The position numbers and the translations under genes were made by a program. From a virus (Duplodnaviria > Caudoviricetes), in IMG/VR virus record IMGVR_UViG_3300033109_000111, positions 1 through 31,424 of that record: DNA of 31,424 nucleotides. One strand, 5' to 3'. Below, in pieces: positions 23,043-30,617 of the stretch; position 1 is the stretch's first letter; every line of letters starts with the position of its first letter. The notes below the pieces were generated by a model. The model did not search any database and had not been told where the DNA came from. It saw only the letters and a program-made list of their open reading frames with translations.

Positions 23043-26000
23043 TGGGCGGATTATTTGGCGGCGGCGGGAGCCAGCCGAACTCGACTCAGGAGACGCGCAT
23101 CGCTTCGATGCGTTTTCAGACCAGTGCCTACGGTTACCCGATTCCCATCGTGTACGGGCAGAACCGGATTACCGGTAATGTGATCTGGTACGGCGATTTT
23201 GTGACGATTCCGCATGTCAGCCAGCCTGCCGGCGGGGGCAAGGGCGGCGGCGGGAGTGCGCCGGCGAATACGACTTATACTTATACCGCCGGGTTGGCGC
23301 TGGCGTTGTGCGAGGGGACGACCGGCGGAGTGCAGACGGTCTGGAAGGATAAAGAGAAGGTTAAGCCGCTGTATGTTGCGCCGCAGGTGATTACGGTCAC
23401 GCGCGAGTTGCATTATGTGCCGACGGTTGCGCCGTATAGGGTGTCGGTTGCGCATGCAGGGGCGAATTTCCAGCGCAATATGGGTGTGGCCGGGATGTTC
23501 GGGCGTTACAACTCCTACCTTCCGTACACGACCGACGGCGCGGGCAACTATACCTTCTCGGCTTTGTATGCCGGGCGGCCGATATTCATCAGTTATACCT
23601 ATGTGATTCCCGCTTATACGATTTCGCCGATGCAGCGTCTCGGGATGAGCGAATTCAGGGGGGCGGACCTGCAGGCGACCTGGACGCATTTGACGACGAA
23701 GCATCCGACAGAGGCACTGAGCTATCCCGGCACGGCCTATGTGGCGACCAGTGCGCTCGATTTGGGCAATAGTGCGAATTTGCCGAATCTGTCGTTCGAA
23801 ATGGCCGGAAAGTGCCGGGTCGGCGGGCTGGTGGTGGATGCGAATCCGAAGGATATCATCACCGATTTTCTGACCAATCCAGTGTACGGCGCGATGTATC
23901 CGGCTGCGTCGATCGGCGACATGACTTTGTTGTCGAATTACTGCATCGCGCAGCAAATTTATTTGTCGCCGGTGCTGGATGCGCAGAAAACCGCCGCCGA
24001 GTGGCTGACGCAGTGGCTGAAGCTCTGCAATGCCTCGGTGGTGTATTCCGAAGGCAAGCTCAAGTTTATTCCTTACAGCGACGAGAAGGCCGGGGTGTAT
24101 CAGCCGGATCTCACGCCGCTGTACGATCTCGACGACGATGCCTTTATCAGCGACGGCAGCAGCGATCCGGTGATGGTGCGCCGTTCGCCGCAATCCGATG
24201 CCTATAACTGTATCCGCGTCGAATATCTGAACCGCGGCACGACGACTGCACCACGCGACTACAACCCGGAGGTGATCGAGGCGAAAGACGGTGCGAGCAT
24301 CGAGCTATACGGCCTGCGCGCCGCCGAGGTGCTGAAGGCGCACGAGGTGTGTACGGCAGCGACGGCGCAGCACGTGGCGCAGGCGCTGCTGCAGCGTTCG
24401 CTGTATGTGCGCAATGTGTACGAATTCCAACTGCCGTGGCGTTTTGCGCTGCTGGAGCCGATGGATATCGTGACACTGACCGACGAGGCGCTCGGCATGA
24501 ACCGCGAGCCGGTGCGCATCTTGTCGGTGGAAGAGGACGAGGACGGTCTGCTGACGGTGACGGCGGAAGAGATGCCCAGCGGCGTGGCGGCGCCGGCGCG
24601 TTTCGATCTGCAGGACGGCACAGGTTTTCAGCACGATTTCAATGTGGATCCCGGCAATGCGAATGCGCCGGTACTATTCGAACCGCCCGATTTGCTGGCC
24701 GGCGGGCTGGAACTGTGGATGGCGGTGTCCGGCGGGGCGAACTGGGGCGGTTGCGATGTGTGGGTGAGCCGCGACGATACGTCCTACACGCGAGTGGGAA
24801 CGATACACGGCGGGGCGCGCCACGGTCAGTTGACGGCTGCGCTGGCGACCGGTACCGACCCCGATATGGCGCATACTCTGGCGGTGGATATTTCGGTTTC
24901 CGGCGGACAGTTGCTGGATAGTACCGTTGCGGCTGCGGATAAAGGCGATACGCTGTGCTACGTCGACGGCGAATATATCGCCTACTCGACTTCCAGACTG
25001 ACCGGGGTCGGACGCTACAATCTTAGCGGCTATCTGCGCCGCGGGCTGTACGGCACGACCATCGGCGCGCATGCCGCCGGTGCGCCGTTCGCCCGGCTGG
25101 ATAAGGCGATTTTCAAATATCCGATTAGTGCGGACATGGTGGGTGCGCCGCTGTATATCAAGTTGGCGAGCTTCAACCAATACGGCGGCGGGCAGCAGCA
25201 ACTGGATGGTTTGCAGCCCATCGTGTGCAACATTACCGGCGCAGCCTTGCGTTCGGCGCTGCCCAACGTAACCAAGCTGGTGAGCAATTACCGCAATGGC
25301 CGCACGGTGCTGTCCTGGCAGCCGGTGATCGATTTCCGTACGGTGGATTACGAAGTGCGCGTCGGCCCGACCTGGCAGAAGGCGGTGACGCTCGGGCGCA
25401 CGGCGCTGACTGAGTTTATCGCCCCGCACGACGGCACCTACTGGGTGGCGGCGCACTACTGCAAAAACGGGATATTCAACGCTTCGCAAACGCTGAAGAT
25501 CGCGCCCAGCGTGACCATATTCCCGCGCGACGGTTTGTACAGTCAGGATTTGGGCGTGACCGAGCCGCAGGCGGATGGCACCGCAATTATCTATACCCGG
25601 GTGAGCGCTGCGCCAGCCGCCAAGCAATATGCGGTGGACGAGGTGAAGGGGATCTATACCTTCGCGGCGGCGGATACCGGGCTGAGTGTGGCGGTGGACT
25701 ACGCCTACAGTGCCGCCGCCGGTGGGATTCATGCTTATTCTGCCGTGCCGGATTCGCTGACCATCGGCGGTGCTTCGCTGCCTGCCAATGTGTTGGTGCA
25801 GTTCGACGAACGTGGCAGCGGCTGGAAGGGTAGTTGCACCGCGCCGGCGTTTTACGACGTGGTGGAAAATGCCGTGAAACTGGGCGGTAATTTGTTGTTC
25901 TCGGCCATTCCGGTGTTTTCTGCCGAAGTGTCGGTGGAATACTACGGCGGGATTGCTTCGCCGGGGTATTACCAAATTCCTGCTGCCCATGAAATCGATA

Positions 26001-26533
26001 TCGGCACGCCGCAATCCTGTAACTGTTCGGTGATGCTGGAAGGCACGGCGGATACGCCGTTCTCGCTGTTCTCGCGCATTTTGCAGTTCTCGCAGCAAAG
26101 CAGCGTGATGTCGCAAGTGTCCGGCAAGGCCTCGATGCAGATCGAAATCGACACCTCGCAGAACGCGACGGTTTGGGAGGGCTGGCGCAACTTTGTGCCG
26201 GGACAATATCTGGCGCGCCGCTTCCGTTTCCGGGTGAAGCTGATGTCGGCCGACCCGTCGGTTTCCACCGTGCTCGATAACCTGCGCGTGATCGTGGATG
26301 TGCCCGACCGGGTGGATAGTGCCGCCAGTCTGGCTGCACCGGCCGCCGGCGTTGCTGTCGCATTCGCCACGCCCTTCCATGTGCCGCCCGCCGTGCAGAT
26401 CACGATCCTCGATCCGGCTGCGGGCGACGTCATTACCTTCCCGGTGCAGCCGACTGTCAACGGTTTTACCGTCAGGATTACCAATGCCGGGGCGGGTGTG
26501 GCACGTACCCTGAGCTGGACGGCGAAGGGCTAG
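23042..26533 (+). CDS. Central tail tip/host-specificity protein (Phage-tail_3-like; lambda J/RcGTA g15 position)
   Basis: 1163 aa; SAYGYPIPIVYG..RITGNVIW, LPNLSFE, LLEPMDIV, LRRGLYGT motifs. Confidence 0.9.
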   Translation: MGGLFGGGGSQPNSTQETRIASMRFQTSAYGYPIPIVYGQNRITGNVIWYGDFVTIPHVSQPAGGGKGGGGSAPANTTYTYTAGLALALCEGTTGGVQTVWKDKEKVKPLYVAPQVITVTRELHYVPTVAPYRVSVAHAGANFQRNMGVAGMFGRYNSYLPYTTDGAGNYTFSALYAGRPIFISYTYVIPAYTISPMQRLGMSEFRGADLQATWTHLTTKHPTEALSYPGTAYVATSALDLGNSANLPNLSFEMAGKCRVGGLVVDANPKDIITDFLTNPVYGAMYPAASIGDMTLLSNYCIAQQIYLSPVLDAQKTAAEWLTQWLKLCNASVVYSEGKLKFIPYSDEKAGVYQPDLTPLYDLDDDAFISDGSSDPVMVRRSPQSDAYNCIRVEYLNRGTTTAPRDYNPEVIEAKDGASIELYGLRAAEVLKAHEVCTAATAQHVAQALLQRSLYVRNVYEFQLPWRFALLEPMDIVTLTDEALGMNREPVRILSVEEDEDGLLTVTAEEMPSGVAAPARFDLQDGTGFQHDFNVDPGNANAPVLFEPPDLLAGGLELWMAVSGGANWGGCDVWVSRDDTSYTRVGTIHGGARHGQLTAALATGTDPDMAHTLAVDISVSGGQLLDSTVAAADKGDTLCYVDGEYIAYSTSRLTGVGRYNLSGYLRRGLYGTTIGAHAAGAPFARLDKAIFKYPISADMVGAPLYIKLASFNQYGGGQQQLDGLQPIVCNITGAALRSALPNVTKLVSNYRNGRTVLSWQPVIDFRTVDYEVRVGPTWQKAVTLGRTALTEFIAPHDGTYWVAAHYCKNGIFNASQTLKIAPSVTIFPRDGLYSQDLGVTEPQADGTAIIYTRVSAAPAAKQYAVDEVKGIYTFAAADTGLSVAVDYAYSAAAGGIHAYSAVPDSLTIGGASLPANVLVQFDERGSGWKGSCTAPAFYDVVENAVKLGGNLLFSAIPVFSAEVSVEYYGGIASPGYYQIPAAHEIDIGTPQSCNCSVMLEGTADTPFSLFSRILQFSQQSSVMSQVSGKASMQIEIDTSQNATVWEGWRNFVPGQYLARRFRFRVKLMSADPSVSTVLDNLRVIVDVPDRVDSAASLAAPAAGVAVAFATPFHVPPAVQITILDPAAGDVITFPVQPTVNGFTVRITNAGAGVARTLSWTAKG

Positions 26534-26569
26534 TAGTTCGGGAGGCTGAGTCGAATGCGGAGCTGCGTG

Positions 26570-26598
26570 TTGCTCGTTTACTGTTGATTTAGTAAAAT
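26570..26598 (+). promoter_or_regulatory. Putative sigma70 promoter of the membrane-protein pair
   Basis: TTGCTC-N17-TAAAAT, 35 nt upstream of ATG 26634. Confidence 0.55.
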
Positions 26599-26633
26599 TT
26601 CAGCCTTGACCTAATTGGCTTGTCTGATCTGTA

Positions 26634-27017
26634 ATGAGTCCCAAGAAGCACACAAAAAGAAAAAGCGGAACAAATCCTGACGTAGGAATGTCACAGGCAG
26701 TACGTGATGTATTGGTGACGGCAATCAATCGAGGGCAGTTGCCAGCATTGGGTGTGATCGCTATTGTGCTGACGTTGCTTTGGAGAATGCCAGAGTCAGA
26801 TATTTCTACGTTGGTGTTTGATTTATTGGATACCTTAAAGAAATGGCAAACGACGGGTTATGTCCTTTTTTTATTGTGTTTGTTTTTCTGGTATATTCAC
26901 GTCAAACATCTAAGAAAAGCATTCAGCGAGGAAATGAGGCGGGTCGGTCGAGAAAAGTCTGGATTGCAAAATAAGCATGTGGAAGAGCCATTTAAATCAA
27001 GTGAGAATCAAAATTGA
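26634..27017 (+). CDS. Hypothetical two-TM membrane protein (AT-rich cargo)
   Basis: Hydrophobic segments LPALGVIAIVLTLLW and GYVLFLLCLFFWYI; basic N-terminus. Confidence 0.75.
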   Translation: MSPKKHTKRKSGTNPDVGMSQAVRDVLVTAINRGQLPALGVIAIVLTLLWRMPESDISTLVFDLLDTLKKWQTTGYVLFLLCLFFWYIHVKHLRKAFSEEMRRVGREKSGLQNKHVEEPFKSSENQN

Positions 27018-27547
27018 GTAATTTAATAATTGGCTTGTCGTTGTTGGCTGTGTGGCATTTTATGTATGAGGCGATAATTGCGCCTACACTTCGTCTTGGC
27101 CTGAGAAATCGATTATTTGCGTTAAGAGATGAATTGCGGAAGGCAAAAATAGAGGGAATATCTCTCAAGGATGAGGATGCATTCTATTTCGTGCATGAAG
27201 GTGTAAATAACTTTATTAATCGATTGCCGAGTTTGACGGTCATCCTGGCGGTAAAATTAAATCGTGAATATCAAGTGAATCAGAAGTTGCGGACAGTTAT
27301 GGATGGGCACTTGAAGGCTGTGCAAACGGCTAAAAACGAAACGATTAAATGTGTATTCGAAAAAACTAACGATGTGGTAGTTAAGGCATTTTGGGTAAAT
27401 ACAGGCGGTTGGTTAATTTATATTGTTCCAATAGTTGTTGTGCTGTATTTTATGAAAAGGATTACGCAAGTTATTAGTGAGTTGTTGGTGACGCCGAGTC
27501 GTGAAATGGAGCGTCTAATTCCTCAAGAGAAAATACGTTTTACTTAG
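27014..27547 (+). CDS. Hypothetical membrane protein with N- and C-terminal TM segments (AT-rich cargo)
   Basis: TTG start overlapping the upstream stop (TTGA); LIIGLSLLAVWHF and WLIYIVPIVVVLYF segments. Confidence 0.7.
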   Translation: MSNLIIGLSLLAVWHFMYEAIIAPTLRLGLRNRLFALRDELRKAKIEGISLKDEDAFYFVHEGVNNFINRLPSLTVILAVKLNREYQVNQKLRTVMDGHLKAVQTAKNETIKCVFEKTNDVVVKAFWVNTGGWLIYIVPIVVVLYFMKRITQVISELLVTPSREMERLIPQEKIRFT

Positions 27548-27568
27548 AGTAAGTTGCACTAATTGAGT

Positions 27569-27599
27569 CAATGCCCGCTTTTGCGGGCATTGTTGTTTT
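27569..27599 (+). terminator. Terminator closing the membrane-protein cassette
   Basis: CAATGCCCGC-TTTT-GCGGGCATTG then TTGTTTT. Confidence 0.7.
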
Positions 27600-27618
27600 A
27601 TGGAGTAGTCAAATCAAT

Positions 27619-27640
27619 ACCGCCCGTGGGCGGTTTTTTT
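27619..27640 (+). terminator. Terminator-like hairpin before the fibre gene
   Basis: ACCGCC-CGTG-GGCGGT, T run, then ATTTCAGGAG. Confidence 0.7.
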
Positions 27641-27656
27641 ATTTCAGGAGAGACTT

Positions 27657-28616
27657 ATGTCGCAAAACTCGCTCGTCATCGGCGACGGCACCGGTGCGCA
27701 GGTATTAAGCGCCATGAACGGTGCGCTGGATACGCTGAAAACTTGTTTTTCCGGGCCCACTGCGCCCGGCACGCCCAGCGCGTTTCAGTTGTGGGCGGAT
27801 ACCACCAACGGGGTGCTGAAACAGCGCGATTCCAGCAATACCGCGTGGATCCCGCTGGAATTGCTGACCGGCGTCGGCGCGAACGTAGTGAAAACCGTTA
27901 CCGGCGGCAGCTATACCCTGACCGAGGCGGAAGGGCTGGCGGCGTCGTTCGAATTCAACGGCACGCTGACCTCGAACATGATCGTGATCGTGCCGAACAA
28001 TATGCCGGTGTTCGCCGTGGAAAATCTGACGACCGGCGCCTTTACCCTGACGGTGAAAACTGCAGCGGGTACCGGCCAAGTCATCGCGCAAGGCGAAATC
28101 TCCATGCTGTATTGCAATGGCGCGAACTGCGAATTTATTTCCGATACGCAGGGGACTGCGCCGAAACGCGGTACGTATTCGGCGGTGCGGGCGACGGCAG
28201 TGCAAACCATGACGGCCGGGGCCTGGAGCCAGATTATTCTGAATTCCGCCATGGTGAATACCAATGGCAGCGCATTTGTGTCGCACAACATCGCAACGGG
28301 CTTGTTCACTGTTTTGCAAAGCGGGCAGTACGAGATTTCGGCTGTGCTAACGGCAGTGAACCCGACTGCCGCGTACAACGCTTTTAATGCGGCCATCGCA
28401 ATCAACGGTGCGGTTGCCCATTATTTGGGCAGCGGCTATTCGTGGGCCGCAGTTGCTACTTTGAAAATTACCGTTTCCGGGCAGACGACGCGGTATCTGC
28501 CGGCGGGTACGACCGTCGCGCTGTGGGGCAATCCGAACGTGGCGATGAACGCCGATTTTTGGGGTAGTGGATGGGGAATCGGCGGTTGCCAATTAGAACT
28601 GGTTTATATGGGTTAA
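27657..28616 (+). CDS. Tail fibre/receptor-binding protein, C-terminus possibly C1q/TNF-like
   Basis: N-terminal FSGPTAP..QLWADTTNGVLKQR attachment-type motif; C-terminal TGLFTVLQSGQYEI pattern. Confidence 0.75.
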   Translation: MSQNSLVIGDGTGAQVLSAMNGALDTLKTCFSGPTAPGTPSAFQLWADTTNGVLKQRDSSNTAWIPLELLTGVGANVVKTVTGGSYTLTEAEGLAASFEFNGTLTSNMIVIVPNNMPVFAVENLTTGAFTLTVKTAAGTGQVIAQGEISMLYCNGANCEFISDTQGTAPKRGTYSAVRATAVQTMTAGAWSQIILNSAMVNTNGSAFVSHNIATGLFTVLQSGQYEISAVLTAVNPTAAYNAFNAAIAINGAVAHYLGSGYSWAAVATLKITVSGQTTRYLPAGTTVALWGNPNVAMNADFWGSGWGIGGCQLELVYMG

Positions 28617-28625
28617 GGAGCAGAC

Positions 28626-28985
28626 ATGGCAAATATCAATACTTATGGGATGGCGCGCGCTTTCCCGCAATTTAAAGCGGATGTCGATTATCACATGATC
28701 GATCTGCACGATGGTAAAGGCGTGCAATTGCTCTGGCTGCACCCGAGCGAGCCAGCCCCCGACCGGGCTGCGATCGAAGCTGCCACCGCCGAATGGCAGG
28801 CCGAGCAGGATGCCGTGGCCTATCGTATTCAGCGCGCAGCCGAATATCCGCCACTGTCCGATCTGGCCGACGCGCTGGTGAAGAAAGCTTCGGCTGACCC
28901 TGCCGAGCGCGCCTCCGGCGAGGCGCAAGAGGCGGCGTACATCGCTACATGTCAGGCGGTGAAGGCCAAGTATCCGAAACCCTAA
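28626..28985 (+). CDS. Tail fibre assembly/XkdW-like protein
   Basis: AAGGAG RBS; RAAEYPPLSDLADAL and CQAVKAKYPKP motifs typical of post-fibre proteins. Confidence 0.7.
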   Translation: MANINTYGMARAFPQFKADVDYHMIDLHDGKGVQLLWLHPSEPAPDRAAIEAATAEWQAEQDAVAYRIQRAAEYPPLSDLADALVKKASADPAERASGEAQEAAYIATCQAVKAKYPKP

Positions 28986-28994
28986 GAGGCGAGT

Positions 28995-29354
28995 GTGGAC
29001 GAGATGGAACATTTAAGTTCGCGGATGGATACGCTCGCGCACCGCATGGAAGGCATGGAAGGCGTGCTGCGCAACCTCGCCTCTGCCATCGAACGGCTGG
29101 CGCGTCTGGAAGAGCGCCACATCGCCACTGCCGAAGGGTTGGGGCGCGCGTTCAAGGCGATCGAGGCGCTGGAAGCGCGTCTGAAAGAAGACATCGAGCA
29201 GGTGGAAAAACATGCCGACAAGCTGGGCGAGCGGCTGGAAGCACTGGAACGCCATGCCCCGGTACACAGCATGGCCTCCGGCATGGTGTTCAAGGCCGCC
29301 ACCCATGTGGTGACCGCAGTGGTCGGTGCATTGCTGGTGCTGGTGCTGAAATGA
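28995..29354 (+). CDS. Coiled-coil protein with C-terminal TM (holin/XhlA-like lysis-cassette protein)
   Basis: LARLEER heptads, hydrophobic C-terminus, ATGA overlap with the endolysin. Confidence 0.6.
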   Translation: MDEMEHLSSRMDTLAHRMEGMEGVLRNLASAIERLARLEERHIATAEGLGRAFKAIEALEARLKEDIEQVEKHADKLGERLEALERHAPVHSMASGMVFKAATHVVTAVVGALLVLVLK

Positions 29355-29782
29355 TCAACAGCCGCGATTTGAATGAGCTGTGCCCGCCCGCCAAGCGGCG
29401 GGTGGAGGCGTTTCTGGCGGCCTGCAAGGCCGAGGGGATCGATCTGCTGGTGACCAGCACCTACCGCGATGCTGCCGCGCAAGATGCGCTGTATGCGCAA
29501 GGCCGCACCGCCAAAGGGCTGATTGTCACCAATGCCCGTGCCGGCGAAAGCTGGCACAACTGGCGCTGCGCAGCAGATGTGGTGCCGCTGCGCCACGGCA
29601 AGCCGGTCTGGGGCACCTCCGGCATCGACGGCGAGCTATGGCGCAAAGTCGGCGAGATCGGCGAAAGCTGCGGGCTGGAATGGGCCGGGCGCTGGAGCGG
29701 CAAGCTGAAAGAAACCGCACATTTTCAGTACACCGGCGGGCTGACGCTGGCGCAACTGAAAAACGGCGCGGCGATTGCATAA
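29351..29782 (+). CDS. Endolysin, M15 family (L-Ala-D-Glu peptidase-like)
   Basis: TYRD...QDALYAQGRT, VTNARAGESWHNW..AAD, GLEWAGRW, ETAHFQ; true start is ATG 29351. Confidence 0.9.
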   Translation: MINSRDLNELCPPAKRRVEAFLAACKAEGIDLLVTSTYRDAAAQDALYAQGRTAKGLIVTNARAGESWHNWRCAADVVPLRHGKPVWGTSGIDGELWRKVGEIGESCGLEWAGRWSGKLKETAHFQYTGGLTLAQLKNGAAIA

Positions 29783-29792
29783 GGAGGCGAAC

Positions 29793-29975
29793 ATGAATGC
29801 TTACGCATGGGGTGCATTATTTCTGCTCGGCCTGATCGCGCAGGCGGTCGGCTTGTTGGCCGCCTACAATGCCAGCGGGCGCAGTCGCATCTATTTGCTG
29901 GGCTTGCCGCTGGGCGCACTGGCCTGCGTGGTTGCCGTCATCGGCACGCTGTATCAGGCTTTCCGCAGTTTTTAA
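29793..29975 (+). CDS. Small two-TM membrane protein (60 aa), possible holin/antiholin
   Basis: AAGGAGG RBS then ATG 29793; two hydrophobic helices. Confidence 0.6.
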   Translation: MNAYAWGALFLLGLIAQAVGLLAAYNASGRSRIYLLGLPLGALACVVAVIGTLYQAFRSF

Positions 29976-30018
29976 GCTGAATAGGCGCGCAATTCAGGCG
30001 CGATAGAAAGGAAATGAA

Positions 30019-30543
30019 ATGGAAAATTTCGATTGGAAAAAAGCCGTCGCGACCATTGCCCCCGGCATTGCCACCGCCCTTGCTCCAGAGCTTGGGCTGG
30101 CGGGCGTGGCAATCCGTGCCGTGGGGCAGGCATTCGGCCTGCAAGACGCCGCCGAGCCGCAAGTGGCCGCCGCCGTCGCTAACGCCAGTCCGCAAGACCT
30201 GCTGGCGCTGAAACAAGCCGACCAGCAATTCCGCAAAGACATGGCCGCGCTCGGCATCGACCTCGAACGCATCGCTGCCGAAGACCGCGCCAGCGCCCGC
30301 GACCGCGAAATCAAAACCGGCGACAGCTGGACGCCGCGCATCCTCGCCGCCGTCGTCGTGCTCGGCTATCTGGCGGTACAGTGGTACATCCTCGCCCACG
30401 TTGTCCCGCAAGAAATGCGCGAAATCGTCCTGCGCTCGATGGGCACCCTCGACATGGCGCTCGGCCTCGTTCTCGGCTACTACTTCGGCAGCAGCGCGGG
30501 CAGCGCCGAAAAGAATCGGCTGCTGGAGCAAAAAACCGAATAA
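30019..30543 (+). CDS. Holin-like protein (3TM 'gene-transfer release' type)
   Basis: DRASARDRE...WTPRILA and LGYYFGSS motifs; C-terminal TM pair. Confidence 0.7.
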   Translation: MENFDWKKAVATIAPGIATALAPELGLAGVAIRAVGQAFGLQDAAEPQVAAAVANASPQDLLALKQADQQFRKDMAALGIDLERIAAEDRASARDREIKTGDSWTPRILAAVVVLGYLAVQWYILAHVVPQEMREIVLRSMGTLDMALGLVLGYYFGSSAGSAEKNRLLEQKTE

Positions 30544-30617
30544 TTGTTGATTACACTCAACATCGATAGGACGTTGTGCTACATTGCCTTCCCGTTCCAC
30601 CACCGAGGGAGGCTGCT

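Larger units (their letters stand above)
1985..30543 (+). mobile_element. Prophage-derived head/tail/lysis module; candidate GTA-like or domesticated element
   Basis: Co-oriented terS-terL-portal-protease-capsid-neck-tail-tip-fibre-lysis genes with open frames; no integrase, replication or regulator gene in the window. Phage origin is secure; GTA status is inference. Confidence 0.85.

Noticed and set aside
2442-26380. Long antisense or alternate-frame ORFs (e.g. 2442-4136, 4055-5326, 8524-10260, 11789-13093, 24674-26380)
   Set aside because: Shadow ORFs of GC-rich genes with no motifs or RBS; they overlap well-supported + strand genes.
12077-28985. Tailocin or contractile injection system
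   Set aside because: No sheath or contractile baseplate genes, and complete head and packaging genes are present.
1831-30617. attL/attR direct repeats at the module ends
   Set aside because: Only a 7-bp match (CGATAGG) was found between the flanking intergenic regions, which is expected by chance; no tRNA or integrase.
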